A stretch of 64,000 bases of DNA from Mustelus asterias (GCF_964213995.1 NW_027590141.1:496001-560000), one strand, 5' to 3'. Counted from the first letter of the stretch, positions 35,120 through 47,042 are shown. The notes: generated from the sequence alone by a model not told the origin. Numbers and translations are program-made.

Positions 35120-35670
35120 AAGGACTCTCCCTTTCTCTTGTCTCCTCCATCCTCACCTCCAACAACAAAGTGTGAGGAGCTGATGGAGTTTCTTTGTCAC
35201 TAAGATTGAGACAATCTGTTCAGTTGCCTCTGCTGCTTCCTTCCCTTCCACTCGCCCACTGGACCAGACTGTCTGTAAAGCTCCTCTGTGTCCAAGCTCT
35301 GAACTCACATCTTTCTCCAGTCTCTCTCCTATGTCCCATCAAACTTTCTGATTGTTCATCGTGTCCATGAGTCCTGCTTTCAACTCCCTTTACCCTTTTC
35401 CCACTAAAGCACCAATAACCCAACTTCCCCATGTTATCTGATATTGTTAATGGATCTGTCTCTTCTGGGACTGTCCCCCTCACCTCTAATTCACCCTCAT
35501 CATCCATCCTAAGAAAAAAACCCTTGACCCCACTATCGTCACAAACTACCGTCCCAACTCCAACCTCCCTGTAATCTCCAAAGTCCTTGGAACTTTTGTG
35601 TCCCCTAAGGATCTTACCTTGGCCCCTCCTATTTCCCATCTACATGCTGCCACTGGGTGACATCATCCAT
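35120..35670 (+). mobile_element. L2-clade LINE fragment
   Basis: LSDIVNGSVSSGTVP...KKTLDPTIVTNYRPNSNLPVISKVLE. Confidence 0.75.
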
Positions 35671-36119
35671 TGGTTTGGAAGAAGATTGTAAAGTGTATCT
35701 TTTTGAGAGCGGAGTTTGGAAACACTCGTGTCACAATTTCAGGGGAAATTTGAGGCGAAATCCACAGAGGATCGATTGAGTTGCATCTAACACTTAGCTT
35801 CAGAGTGGGGGTTGTCTGATCACAGTCAATCTGTGGGTTTAAAGGGACTGTGTGTTTACTGAGAACATTATAGCATAAGAAATTTTGTAATCTGTGTTAT
35901 CCTTGAAATCTGTGTACATTTGTGAAGGTAAGTGTTAGTGAAGGAGTATTTTATTATAGTCAAATGCTTCGTGTTTAATAAATATTTTGTTGTTAAAAGC
36001 TAATTGGCAATCCTGTGACTCAGTTCCTCTTTTATTTTAAATGTAAAAGTTACAGTGTTTTGAACCAGGGTTCCATCCTGGGATCTTCCCGTCCAGTTAT
36101 ATCAACTGGGATTGTAACA
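35670..36119 (+). mobile_element. Possible LTR remnant
   Basis: AATAAA near 35977 and an end at gtaaca; non-coding. Confidence 0.35.
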
Positions 36120-36318
36120 CTCACCATATTGACTTGGAAATATATCGCTGTTCCTTCGCTGTCACTGGGTCAAAATCCTGAAACTCCCTCCCTAACAGCA
36201 CTGTGGGTGTCCCTACACCACAGGGGATGTTGTGGTTCTAGAAGGCAGCTCAACACCACCTTCTCAAGGCCATTTAGGGATGGGCAATGAATGCTGGCCG
36301 AGCCGGTGACGCCCACGT
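36120..36318 (+). mobile_element. 3' end of a CR1-like LINE (different family)
   Basis: SKS*NSLPNSTV...KAAQHHLL, then the tail gggatgggcaatgaatgctggcc. Confidence 0.6.
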
Positions 36319-36819
36319 TTTATTATTCAGGACAGACTGTAGGCTTTGACCTCTATAAACGAATAAAAAATAAGGTAATACCTGTTTTTAGTCCATTGAA
36401 TTGGTTTTCAATGACAGCATTGCCTTCTGACTTGTCCTTATGTCCTGGGCCTATTACACGGTTATACTTGAAGGAATAGAACCAGCCTGACTCCGTTGTG
36501 TTATCTCTGACACTGTTTCAATCCCCAAGCTGCTGCAGACATCTTTATTACTTCAAACAAACACATCTTTCTAATTTTGCAGACATTGCTAATTCCAGCA
36601 GGACTGTGACTTGACTACATTGACCAGCATGCTTTGCACATTGAACCCACAATGCAGTTCAGTGCAGTTCTTCAGGCATCCTCGGTCTGGGTTCTTCTAC
36701 CACCCTCGATGTTCCATGTTACCACCATGAGAGACTCCACACACGGGGTTACACCACAACCCATCTACACTGATTAATATCAAAGAAATAAACAGTTCCA
36801 AACTAATTGCACAATTAAA

Positions 36820-37140
36820 AAAGGTAGATAATATGTTGGTTTCCAATAGAGCCATTGTTTTAAAAGCAGGTTAAGTTATGCTGAGGCTTTATAAAGCACT
36901 ATTTAAATCACAATAGGAATACTGTGTTCATATCCAGTCAACACACTTTAGGAAGGATGGGATGGTCCTTAAGAAGGTGCGGAGGAGATTTACCAGAATG
37001 GTTCCAGCAAAGAGAGATTTTAGCTCCAAGGTCAGGTTCGGGAACCTGCAGTTGTTCTCCTTGGAACGAAACAGGCTGAGGGGAGATCTGAGAGAGGGGA
37101 TCATTCTGACAGGTTTAGATCAAGTGGATAAGGAAATTGG
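36820..37140 (+). mobile_element. Old CR1 fragment
   Basis: KVRRRFTRMVP..LFSLERNRLRGDL. Confidence 0.75.
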
Positions 37141-37467
37141 TCAGGTTCTACAGCGACCTCTGGAGGCAAGGCTGTTGGTAAACGTAACCTTTTATTGTAC
37201 ATTCTTCTAACAATGTACAATTCAAGGCTCAGCATGAGGCTTCACATAGAACCATCTCTCAGCATACACTTATCATCTAATCTTACATCACTGTGTACAA
37301 TATTTACAAATTTAATTTTAACCTTTTACACTGCACTAAGTCTTCAGTCAACTTTCCTAACATTTCTTTCTTTGACTCAGTGTCAGTTGTCTGACTTGTC
37401 AGTTGATGTTTCTGAGATTCACCTTGGGACACTCTCCTACATTAACGGTCTGATGGAAATGAAAGTT

Positions 37468-37770
37468 ATTTTGATTTGATTTATTATTGTCACATGTATT
37501 AACATACAGTGAAAAGTATTGTTTCTTGCGCACTATACAAAGCACACCGTTCATAGAGAAGGAAATGAGAGAGTGCAGAATGTAGTGTTACAGTCATAGC
37601 TAGGGTGTAGAGAAAGATCAACTTAATGCAAAGTAGGTCTATTCAAAAGACTGACAACAGTAGGGAAGAAGCTGTTCTTGAGTTGATTGGTACCTGACCT
37701 CAGACTTTTGTATCTTTTTCCTGATGGAAGAAGGTGAAAGAGAATATCTGGGATGCCTGGGGTCCTTAGT
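37468..37770 (-). mobile_element. Rex1-like 3' fragment
   Basis: FHLLPSGKRYKSLRSGTNQLKNSFFP and a gatttgattt tail. Confidence 0.85.
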
Positions 37771-38189
37771 AACAGACTGGGGAAGTCAGGATTAAAACAA
37801 TATCTGGGCAAATGGAGTTAGGTCACAGATCAGCCATGACCTCGGTGAATGAGAAAACAGGTTTCAGGGTGATAAATGAGCTCCTCCTGTTCCTGATAAA
37901 TTTAGGCTCAAACACCAGCTGATGAATGGAAAGTGATGGGAGACCTGGGGAGAAGAGACTTCATCAGAAACCAGCACTGGAGCAGAGTTAGAGAGTGGGA
38001 GAATCCTGGGGAGAAACTACACAGGAACTGGAGTAGGTTGTTCAGCCCTTCCAGTCTGCTCTGTCATTCAGTTAGACTCTGGCTGATCAGTTTATCATCA
38101 AGATTTATTTGATTCTATTCTGTAGATTAAGCTGCAGCTCAGTTTTATGGGAAATTAACATCAGCAGAAACAAACTCCAACTATCACAA

Positions 38190-39510
38190 TGGGAACATGT
38201 GAATTAGGAGCAGGAGAAGGCCACTCGGCCCCTCGAGCCTGCTCCACTATTCAATAGGATCCTGGCTGATGTGATTGTAGCTTCAACTCCACTTTCCTTC
38301 TTACCCCTCACACCCTTTGACTCTCTTGTCAATCAAGAATCTATTAAATTCAGACTTCAGAATATTCAGTGAGCCAGCCTCCACCACTCTCTGTGGAAGA
38401 GAATTCCACACTGTAACAACCCTCTGAGAGAAAAGGTTTCTCCTCATCCCAGTCTTAAATGGGAGACCCCTTATTTTTAAACTGCCTCTTGTTCTCCTCT
38501 CTACAATCAACATCCACTCTGTCAAGTCCCCTCTCAATTTTATATGTTTCAATCAGACCCTCTCTCATTCTTCTAAACCCCAATAGATACAGGCCGAACA
38601 TGTCCAACATTTCCTCGTATGATATTTCCCTCATCCCACGAATCAGTCAAGTAAACCTTCTCCGAGCTACTTCTCACACAAGTCCTCTCTCAAGTAAGGA
38701 GACCAAAACTGTACACCGTGCTCTAGATGTGGTCTCACCAATACCCTGAACAAATGCAGCAAAACATCCCCGCAATAAACAACAATTCATTTACCTTTCT
38801 AATCATTTGCTGTGTCCACACACTAACTTTTCCTGATTACAGTACCAGGACACCCAGATCCCTCTGTACCTCAAAGTTCTGCAATCTCTCTCTCTCTCTG
38901 TATAAATAATCAACTGCTTTTCCATCCTTCCTGCCAAAGTGGACAAGTTCACATTATCCAAAAATCTTGTTCCAGCTGCCAACTTTTTACCCACTCACTG
39001 ACCCTTTCCATATCGCTTTACAGGCTTGTTATGGTCATTCACATCTCACTTTCCAACCTACCCTTTGTGTTATCAACAAATTTTGATCCTGTCATCCACA
39101 TCATGAAAATAGTTTGTCAATAGTTGAGGGCCCAGCACTGGTCCCTGTGGCACTCCACAGGCTACACTTTGCCATCCCAAAAATGACTTGTTTCTCCCTC
39201 CTCTCTGTTTCCGATTAGCTCATCAATCCTCTATCCATGCTAATATAAAGAATCAACGTGGATGGGATGCTAATATGCCTTATGCTACGAATTCGTATTT
39301 CATGTGGTAAACTTTGATGTGGCACCTTGTCAAATGCCTTCTGGAAATCTAAATACACCACATCCACAGGTTCCACTTTATCCACATTGCTTGTCACTTC
39401 CTCAAAGAAATCCAATAAATCAATTAACAGGATTTCCCTTGCACAAAACCATGTTGATTCTGCCTGATTGCACAGAGATTATCTGTGTCCCACCCCAGTC
39501 TCCTTAATAA
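38190..39510 (-). mobile_element. Old CR1 LINE fragment
   Basis: VDVVYLDFQKAFDKVPH (39215-39415) through the C-terminus and tail. Confidence 0.85.
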
Positions 39511-39594
39511 CAGAATGAACATGATTCAGTCCTGCATGGGATTATTTATTTATTACTTCAATAATAGATAGATAAATAAATAAATGAACATGAT

Positions 39595-40905
39595 TCAGTC
39601 CTGCATGGGGTTAGCAGCAACAGCAGAATCCAACCCCTGCAGTGACTTGTGAACTTGCTGGTGTCTCAGCAGATTGGCTGACCGAGCAAATCTCTTCCCA
39701 CATACGGAGCAGGTGAATGATCTCTCTCCTGTGTGAACCTGCTGGTGTCTCAGCAGATGGGATGACTGAGTGAACCTTTTCCCACACATGGAGCAGGTGA
39801 ATGATCTCTCTCCAGTGTGAATTTGCTGGTGTCTCAGCAGGTCCTTAGAGCTTTTAAAGCTTTTCTCACAGTCAGAACACTTAAAAGGTCTCTGATCAGT
39901 GTGGACCAGTTGATGTGCAATGAGCTGGGGTGGCTGAGTGAATCGTTTCCCACATGTGGAGCAAGCGAAGGGTTTCTCCCCAGTGTGAATTCGCTCGTGT
40001 ATCAGGAGCTGGGGTGAATCAGTGAATCCCTTCCCACACACACAGCAAATGAATGGCTTCTCCCCGGTGTGAACTCGCTGGTGTCTCAGACGGTGGGATG
40101 AATGGGTGAATCCCATCCCACACACCGAGCAGGTGAACGGTTTCTCCCCAGTGTAAACTCGCTGGTGTGTCACCAAATCCTGTTTACTTTTAAAGCTCTT
40201 CTCACAGTCAGAACACTGAAATGTTCTCTTATCAGAGTGAACTCGCTGGTGTGTTTGCAGCTGGGATAAACGTCCGAATCTCCTCTCACACACGGAGCAG
40301 GTGAATGGCTTCTCCCCAGTGTGAGTGCGCTGATGGACTTGTAAATCATTTTTACTTTTAAATCTCTTCTCACAGTCAGAACATTGAAATGGTCTCTGAT
40401 CAGTGTGAACAAGTTGGTGTGTCAGAAGGTGGGATGACTGAGTGAATCCCTTCCCACACACTGAGCAGGTGAACGGCCTCACCACCATGTGAGTGCGCTG
40501 GTGTCTCAGGAGGTCCTTTGTGCTTTTAAAGCTTTTCTCACAATCAGAACACTGAAACAGTCTCTGATCGGAGTGAACCTCCCGGTGAATCAGGAGGCTT
40601 GATAAAGCATGACATCTCCTCCCACATTCGAGGCAGGTGAACGGCCTCTCACCAGTGTGAACACGCCGGTGTGTATAGAGGCTGGATGAGTAAGCAAATC
40701 CTTTCCCACACTCAGAGCAGGTGAACGGCCTCTCTCCAGTGTGAATGCGACGATGAATATCCAATTCGGACGGGTAATTGAATCCCCTCCCACAGTCCAC
40801 ACATTTCAATGGTTTCTCTGTGCTGCGGGTGTCCTCATGTGACTCCAGGTTGGATGATGAGTTGAAGCCTCGTTTACACAGAATATGTGTCGGGTCACTA
40901 CTCAC
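39595..40905 (-). CDS. C2H2 zinc-finger gene, 14 fingers (one degenerate); start uncertain
   Basis: 436-codon open frame; the family Met reads Thr (STEKPLKC); the ancestral stop is replaced by Ser, giving the tail LQGLDSAVAANPMQD; acceptor near 41165. Confidence 0.85.
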   Translation of the reverse strand: MSSDPTHILCKRGFNSSSNLESHEDTRSTEKPLKCVDCGRGFNYPSELDIHRRIHTGERPFTCSECGKGFAYSSSLYTHRRVHTGERPFTCLECGRRCHALSSLLIHREVHSDQRLFQCSDCEKSFKSTKDLLRHQRTHMVVRPFTCSVCGKGFTQSSHLLTHQLVHTDQRPFQCSDCEKRFKSKNDLQVHQRTHTGEKPFTCSVCERRFGRLSQLQTHQRVHSDKRTFQCSDCEKSFKSKQDLVTHQRVYTGEKPFTCSVCGMGFTHSSHRLRHQRVHTGEKPFICCVCGKGFTDSPQLLIHERIHTGEKPFACSTCGKRFTQPPQLIAHQLVHTDQRPFKCSDCEKSFKSSKDLLRHQQIHTGERSFTCSMCGKRFTQSSHLLRHQQVHTGERSFTCSVCGKRFARSANLLRHQQVHKSLQGLDSAVAANPMQD

Positions 40906-41402
40906 TGAGAATGATGTGATTGTTTTTCAGACTTGTTAAACCACTTTCCACATTCAGCACATTGGAAACTCTCAGGTGTGTGTGTAGGTGCTTTTTCAGT
41001 CACACTGATGTTTGAAATCTTTGCCCGCAGACAGAATGAACATTTCTCCTTCTGTAGACAAAGGCTGATGATATTCAGTTTCTGATGAATCAAATCACTG
41101 AAACAGATCTTGATGTGAAGTTTGGTTTGAGTTTCACATCTGTAAATCCTGCTTCATAATACCCTGCAAAAACAGTTTACAAATACCATCACTGTCAGTG
41201 CAGGATAGAAATTCTGAACAGACAATTCATAGTTTCTCTGGAACATATTTTCCTCTCTTGTTCCCCCAAATCTATAAATCCCCGTCCCACACACTCTACC
41301 TCCTCCCCTGGACTGAAATCCAAACCCATCTCAACATCTCCACCATTTCTTCCCTCCACTCCCAGTTTTCCCCCTCCCTCTCCTCTGTCTGGGTTCAGTT
41401 CT

Positions 41403-41687
41403 TGATGTGGAAATCTCACTAACTGTCCTGTCTGGAGATAATACACATCTCTTTAACCTGTGCTTAACCCTCTCTCCACTCACATTGTCTGTACCTTTAA
41501 GACTTGATTACCTGTAAAGACTCGCATTCCAACCATTATCTTGTAAATTGAGTTTGTGTCAATATATATGCCCCGTTTATGAACACAAGTCCTACTCACC
41601 TGATGAAGGAGCAGTGATCCGAAAGCGAGTGGCTTTTGCGACCAAATAAACCTGTTGGACTTTAACCTGGTGTTGTGAGTCTTCTTA
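41403..41687 (+). mobile_element. Penelope mini-insert with a 14-bp TSD
   Basis: TSD ctgggttcagttct at 41389 and 41688; similar to 60213-60474. Confidence 0.85.
41594..41633 (+). ncRNA. Hammerhead ribozyme motif with a mutated cleavage site
   Basis: CAC CUGAUGA A GGA gcaguga UCC GAAA GC GA GUG; the UH site reads GA. Confidence 0.5.
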
Positions 41688-41844
41688 CTGGGTTCAGTTC
41701 TCCAGCTGCTGTCTGCAGACTGACAATAAAACCAATGGGTCTTATTGGGGGTGTTGGGGCCTCCAGCGGGTGTTTGTGAATCCTCCCCGCCCACCTCCCA
41801 GGGTTTCCTTCCTTCCCAGAGATCAGAGTCCTCATTGATTTGAG

Positions 41845-42520
41845 GCCAAAGTGTAACCTCTTATTTATTGTCCCCCTCCCCCATCCTCTGATGTGAACCA
41901 TCCTCCAGTGGCTGAGCCAGGATGGGGCCGTTAACCTGGGCCTGTTCCCGGGAGGGAGGGAGGGAGAAGCCCCGCAGCTGCAAACCAGGGAGCTGACAAT
42001 GATTCTGAAGGGTTTGCGGATCCACAAAGTGTTTCCAAATCCTCCCAGCCACCGCCTAACGCTGACTCCGCTTCTCCGGGACAAACAAGCGCCAAGGACA
42101 GCAATGACACTGCGCATGCTCCACATCACAATGCCCGGGGACTGATTGACGGCAGCTCCGGACCAATAGGAAGAGGGGGCGGGGCTGGAGGACCGAGCGG
42201 GAGCGGCTGGTCCTCCAACCAATCGGAGTGAATGAGGGGCGGGACCTGAAGCATGCGCAGTGCGGGTAATGGCGACGGACGGACGCTTTTAACCTGGAAG
42301 CGAGATCAATACGAGGTAGAGGGCGGCGTGCGGGGAATGATAAATGTGGCGGGTGGGTGGAGAGGCTTTGTAAACATGTTGTTCAAACCCAAACCCCGGA
42401 AATGAACTTCCCGGTCCCCCCCTTTGGACCAAATGGAGCGGCAGCTTGTAGTGTTAGACCCGGGCTGACTGCCGCCATTGAGGCTGCATGTGGGAGGCCG
42501 GCAGGGATTGTGATTGGAGG
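41845..42520. promoter_or_regulatory. CpG promoter/first exon P6 of the gene at 39595-40905
   Basis: Two CCAAT, GC boxes, NRF1 at about 42111 and 42251, ETS-like CCGGAAAT, YY1-like GCCGCCATT; inverted copy of P1. Confidence 0.75.
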
Positions 42521-42528
42521 GTGAAGCC

Positions 42529-42834
42529 CTGACGTCACAATGGAATGGGTGAGGGTGTGACATCACAATGGAATGGGTGAGAGTGTGACGTCACAATGGA
42601 ATGGGTGAGAGTGTGACGTCACAATGGAATGGGTGAGGGTGTGACGTCACAATGGAATGGGTGAGGGTGTGACGTCACAATGGAATGGGTGAGACTGTGA
42701 CGTCGCAATGGAATGGGTGAGGGTGTGAGGTCACAATGGAATGGGTGAGAGTGATGTTACAATGGAATGGGTGAGAGTGTGACATCACAATGGAATTGGT
42801 CGGAGTGTGACATCACAATGGAATGGGTGAGGGT
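42529..42834. repeat. 28-bp minisatellite, 11 copies, carrying CRE and TEAD-type motifs
   Basis: Unit TGACGTCACAATGGAATGGGTGAG(A/G)GTG; unit starts at 42530, 42558, 42586, 42614, 42642, 42670, 42698, 42726, 42752, 42780 and 42808. Confidence 0.95.
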
Positions 42835-42884
42835 TCCAGATGAGCTGACACAGGGCTGGAGTTGGGCGATGGCACTGACATGTG

Positions 42885-43180
42885 GCCCGGTGGCACAGTG
42901 GTTAGTGCAGCTGCCTAACAGCGCCAGGGATCCGGGTTCAATTCCAGCCTCGGATCGCTGTCTGTGCAGAGTTTCTACATTCTCCCCGTGTCTGTGTGGG
43001 TTTCCTCCGGGTGTTCCGGTTTCCTTCCACAGTCCAAAGATGTGCCGGTTAGACGGATTGGCCACAATAAATTGTCACTTGGTATCAGGGGGATTAACAG
43101 GTAAATATGTGGATAGGGCCTGGATGGGATTGTTGTCGGTGCAGGCTCGATGGGCTGAATGGCCTCCTTCTACATTGTAT
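42885..43180 (+). mobile_element. HE1-like SINE
   Basis: A box, B box GGTTCAATTCC and V-domain. Confidence 0.88.
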
Positions 43181-43339
43181 TTTATTATTCATTATTATTA
43201 ATTAATTGCTATTCTGATTTCCAGCTGTTTTTGAGTTTTAACTGTATCCTCTATTGTGAACACCAAAGCAAAATACTTGTTCAATTCATCTCCCAGCTCC
43301 TTATTTTTCATTATCAATTCCTGGACTCACTTTCTATTA

Positions 43340-44060
43340 GACAGTTAAGAAATGAGGTGGAGCAAGTGACTGAAGTGTCAGTCAGGGAGCACTATTGGGA
43401 GCACCAATAGTTTCAAAATAGTTCTGGAAAAAGATAGGACAGGTCCACAGGTCAAGGCCCTAAACTGGAGCAGGGCCACTTTTGTGGGCAATGGGTAGGA
43501 TCTAGCAGATGTCGATTAGGTGAATTTGTTTGAAGGGAAAGGAATGACTGGCAATTGGGAGGTTTTAAAAGTGTGATATCAAGAGTCCAGGGGCAGTATA
43601 TTCCTGTTAAGATGCAGGGAAAGAATGGTAAATTTAGGGATCTCTGGCAGACAAGGGACATTGAGGCTCTGGTCAGGTAAAAGAAGGAAGCATACATTGG
43701 GTTTAGGCAATCGGGGACAAGTGAATCACTCTGATTATAAAAAGTGTAAGAAAATACTGAAGAGGGAAATCAGGGGGACAAAAAGAGGTTATGATATGGA
43801 TCTGGCAGGTAAGATTAAAGAAAATTCCAAGAGGTTCTATCACTATATTAAGAGTAAAAGGGTGGCTAGAGAGCGAATAGATCCCCTTAAAAATCAGTAT
43901 GGCCATCTGTGTGTGGAGCCACAGGAGATGGGTGAGATTTTTAATGAATACTTCTCCTCTGTGTTTACTGCGGAGAGCACCATGGGTGCGAAAGAAATAA
44001 GGGAAACAAGTGGTGATGTCTTGGGCACACGCATGTTACTTGGGAGGAGGTATCTGCAGC
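43340..44060 (+). mobile_element. CR1 ORF2 fragment (region between endonuclease and RT)
   Basis: KREIRGTKRGY..KIKENSKRFYHYIKSKRV..EMGEIFNEYFSSVFT. Confidence 0.85.
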
Positions 44061-44063
44061 CTT

Positions 44064-44251
44064 ATAAAAGCAAATTACTGCGGATGCTGGAATCTGAAAC
44101 CAAGAGAGAAAATGCTGGAAAATCTCAGCAGGTCTGGCAGCATCTGTAAGGAGAGAAAAGAGCTGATGTTTCTTGTCTGGATGACCCTTTGTCAAAGCTC
44201 TGAAACATCAGTTATTTTCTCTCCATACAGATGCTGCCAGACCTGCTGAGA
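44064..44251. mobile_element. Penelope family-2 terminal fragment with about 50-bp inverted arms
   Basis: 44123-44172 is the reverse complement of 44202-44251 with few mismatches. Confidence 0.8.
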
Positions 44252-44787
44252 ATGGGGAGAGAGTGTGTGGGATGGAGATTTACAGCTTTTGGGGAATGAG
44301 AGAGGAAAGAATGTTCCATAGAAATTGTCTGTTCTGAATTTCTATCCTGTACTGACACTGATGACTTTTGGAAACACATTTTACAGGATATTGAAAGAGG
44401 AATCACAGGCCGAAATCTCAAACGTCACGTCTCGATCAGACAGAGTCATATTCCTTGGGACCTCAAGATCATAGGACTTTGAATCCAGAAGGAGAAATGA
44501 TTGTCCAGTCTGTCAATTTGAACATATTTGAAATGTCAGTGTGAGTGAAAAAGCATCGACACACTGCCACACTCGAGTGAGTGTGTTCCAATGCACTGAC
44601 TAAAGAGCTTTAACCAGTTACACAGTCTGAATAAATATCACACCATTCACAGCGGGGAGAGACTGTAATCTTGTTCTGTGTGTGGACGAAGTTTCAACTA
44701 ATTGTCCACCCAAGAGAGAGGTAAGGACACCTGCACCATGGAGAAACCATGGAAACGTGTGGACTGTAGGAAGAGATACAGATACCC
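44252..44787 (+). pseudogene. Partial duplicate of the intron and exon start of the gene at 47043
   Basis: Matches 45525-45600 plus 46645-47090; MEKPWKRVDCRKRYRYP ends abruptly at promoter P7. Confidence 0.8.
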
Positions 44788-44789
44788 GG

Positions 44790-45000
44790 TTGTGAACGTG
44801 CCCTCGTCATTCCACAGGAGCCTATTGCGCAGGCGCAGTGCTGTATCTGGAGCATCCGCAGTGTCACTTTGCTCGGAGTCCTGTGAATGGGGGAGACGCT
44901 TTTTTCAGCGGGTGAGTTGGTGGGGCTGCGGGAGAAATGTAGCCGGGAGTCGGGGTAGGGAGGGAGCTCTGGCTTCACAAACACCCGCTGTCGGCCGCAC
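44790..45000 (+). promoter_or_regulatory. Promoter/first exon P7, donor at 44912
   Basis: TGCGCAGGCGCA motif and cgg|gtgagt; homologous to P2. Confidence 0.65.
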
Positions 45001-45433
45001 GGCCCGAATAGACCCTGCAGGTCCAGACATCTCTTCTCTCAGAGGATTTCTCTTCCACAGGGACCAGTGGAAGCTGAGGATCATTGAATATATTCCAGTT
45101 CAACAGATCTTTGACTGACAAGGGTGTCAAGGATTATGGGGAACAGACAAGAAGATGGAGCAAAAGCTAAGATGTGGGGGGATTTCTTCACTCAAGGATG
45201 TGGTAAAGCTTTGGAATTCTCAATCCCTGAGGACAGTGAAGCCTCAGTCATCAACTATTTTCAAGAGAGAGATTGATTGGTTTCTAGATATTGAAGATAT
45301 CAAGGGATATGGGTTTAGTGTGGGGAGAATGATGCTGAGGTAGATGAACGAATTATCTCATTGAATAGTTTAAAAGGCTCGATGGGCCAAATGGCCGACT
45401 GCAGCTCCTATTTGTTATGGTCCCTGTGTCCAG

Positions 45434-45499
45434 GACAGGAAGCAGTGTGCATGGATCTGTCAATCAGCCTCAATCAGCACCTTCAGGAGAATTGGGAGG
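45434..45499 (+). other. Small 5' exon with upstream ATG (MDLSISLNQHLQENWE)
   Basis: tccag|gacagg acceptor and gagg|gtgaat donor; copies at 61364-61429 and about 60142-60207 (minus strand). Confidence 0.6.
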
Positions 45500-45602
45500 G
45501 TGAATATTAGATACAGCAGAGTGAGAATGGAGGGAGAGTGTGTGGGATGGAGATTTACAGCTTTTTGGGACTGAAATAGGAAAGAATGTTCCATAGAAAC
45601 TA

Positions 45603-46640
45603 GAACCATAGAACCATAGAAAATTACAGCTCAGAAACAGGCCTTTTGGCCCTTCTTGTCTGTGCCGAACCATTTTATGCCTAGTCCCACTGATCTGCAC
45701 TTGGACCATATCCCTCCACACCCCTCTCATCCATGAACCCGTCCAAGTTTTTCTTAAATGTTAAAAGCATTTAACTATTTTATCTGGCAGCTCATTCCAC
45801 ACTCCCACCACTCTCTGCGTGAAGAAGCCCCCCCTAATATTCCCTTTAAACTTTTCTCCTTTCACCCTTAACCCATGCCCTCTGGTTTTTTTCTCCCCGA
45901 GCCTCAGCGGAAAAAGCCTGCTTGCATTCACTCTATCTATACCCATCAAAATCTTATACACCTCTATCAAATCTCCCCTCAATCTTCTACGCTCCAGGGA
46001 ATAAAGTCGCAACCTATTCAATCTCTCTCTGCAACTCAGCTTCTCAAGTCCCAGCAACATCCTTGTGAACCTTCTCTGCACTCTTTCAACCTTATTAACA
46101 TCCTTCCTGTAACTAGGTGAGCAAAACTGTACACAATACTCCAGATTCGGCCTCACCAATGCCTTATATAACCTTACCATAACGCTCCAACTTTTATACT
46201 CGATACTCCGATTTATGAAGGCCAATGCACCAAAGACACTCTTTACGACCCTATCCACCTGTGACATCACTTTTAGGGAATTCTGTACCTGTATTCCCAG
46301 ATCCCTCTGTTCAACTGCACTCTTCAGAGTCCTACCATTTACCCTGTACGTTCTTCTTTGGTTTGTCCTTCCAAAGTGCAATATCTCACACTTGTCTGCA
46401 TTAAATTCCATTTGCCATTTTTCAGCCCATTTTTCAAGTTGGTCCAAATCCCTCTGCAAGCTTTGAAAACCTTCCTCACTGTCCACTACACCTCCAATCT
46501 TTGTATCATCAGCAAACTTGCTGATCCAATTTACCACATTATCATCCAGATCATTGATATAGATGACAAACAACAATGGACCCAACACCGATCCCTGCGG
46601 CACACCACTAGTCACAGGCCTCCACTCAGAGAAGCAATCC
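45603..46640 (-). mobile_element. CR1 LINE inserted in a zinc-finger intron
   Basis: ORF 45761-46615 ([16 protein letters not shown]); flanked by ctagaac on both sides. Confidence 0.95.
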
Positions 46641-47042
46641 TAGAACTGTCTGTTCTGAATTTCTATCCTGTACTGACACTAATGACTTTTGTAAACCCAT
46701 TTTACAGGATATTGAAAGAGGAATCACAGGCCGAAATCTCAAACGTCACGTCTAGATCTGACAGAGTCATATTCCTTGGGAGCTGAATATCATCGGACTT
46801 TGAATCCAGAAGCAGAAATGATTTGAAAAGATTTCAAACATCAGTATGACTGGAAAAGTACCAACACTCTGCCACACTCGAGTGAGAGTCTACCAGTGCA
46901 CGGACTAAAGAGTTTCAACCAGTTCCACAGCCTGAATAAATATCACATCATTCACAGCGGGGAGAGACTGTACCTGTGTTGTGAGCGTGGACGAGGCTTC
47001 AACTGATTGTCCACCCAAGAAAGAGGCAAGGACACCTGCACC

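Noticed and set aside
42529-42834. CRISPR-like 28-bp repeats with a palindrome
   Set aside because: The units are contiguous with no unique spacers, no cas genes are present, and the context is vertebrate; this is a minisatellite.
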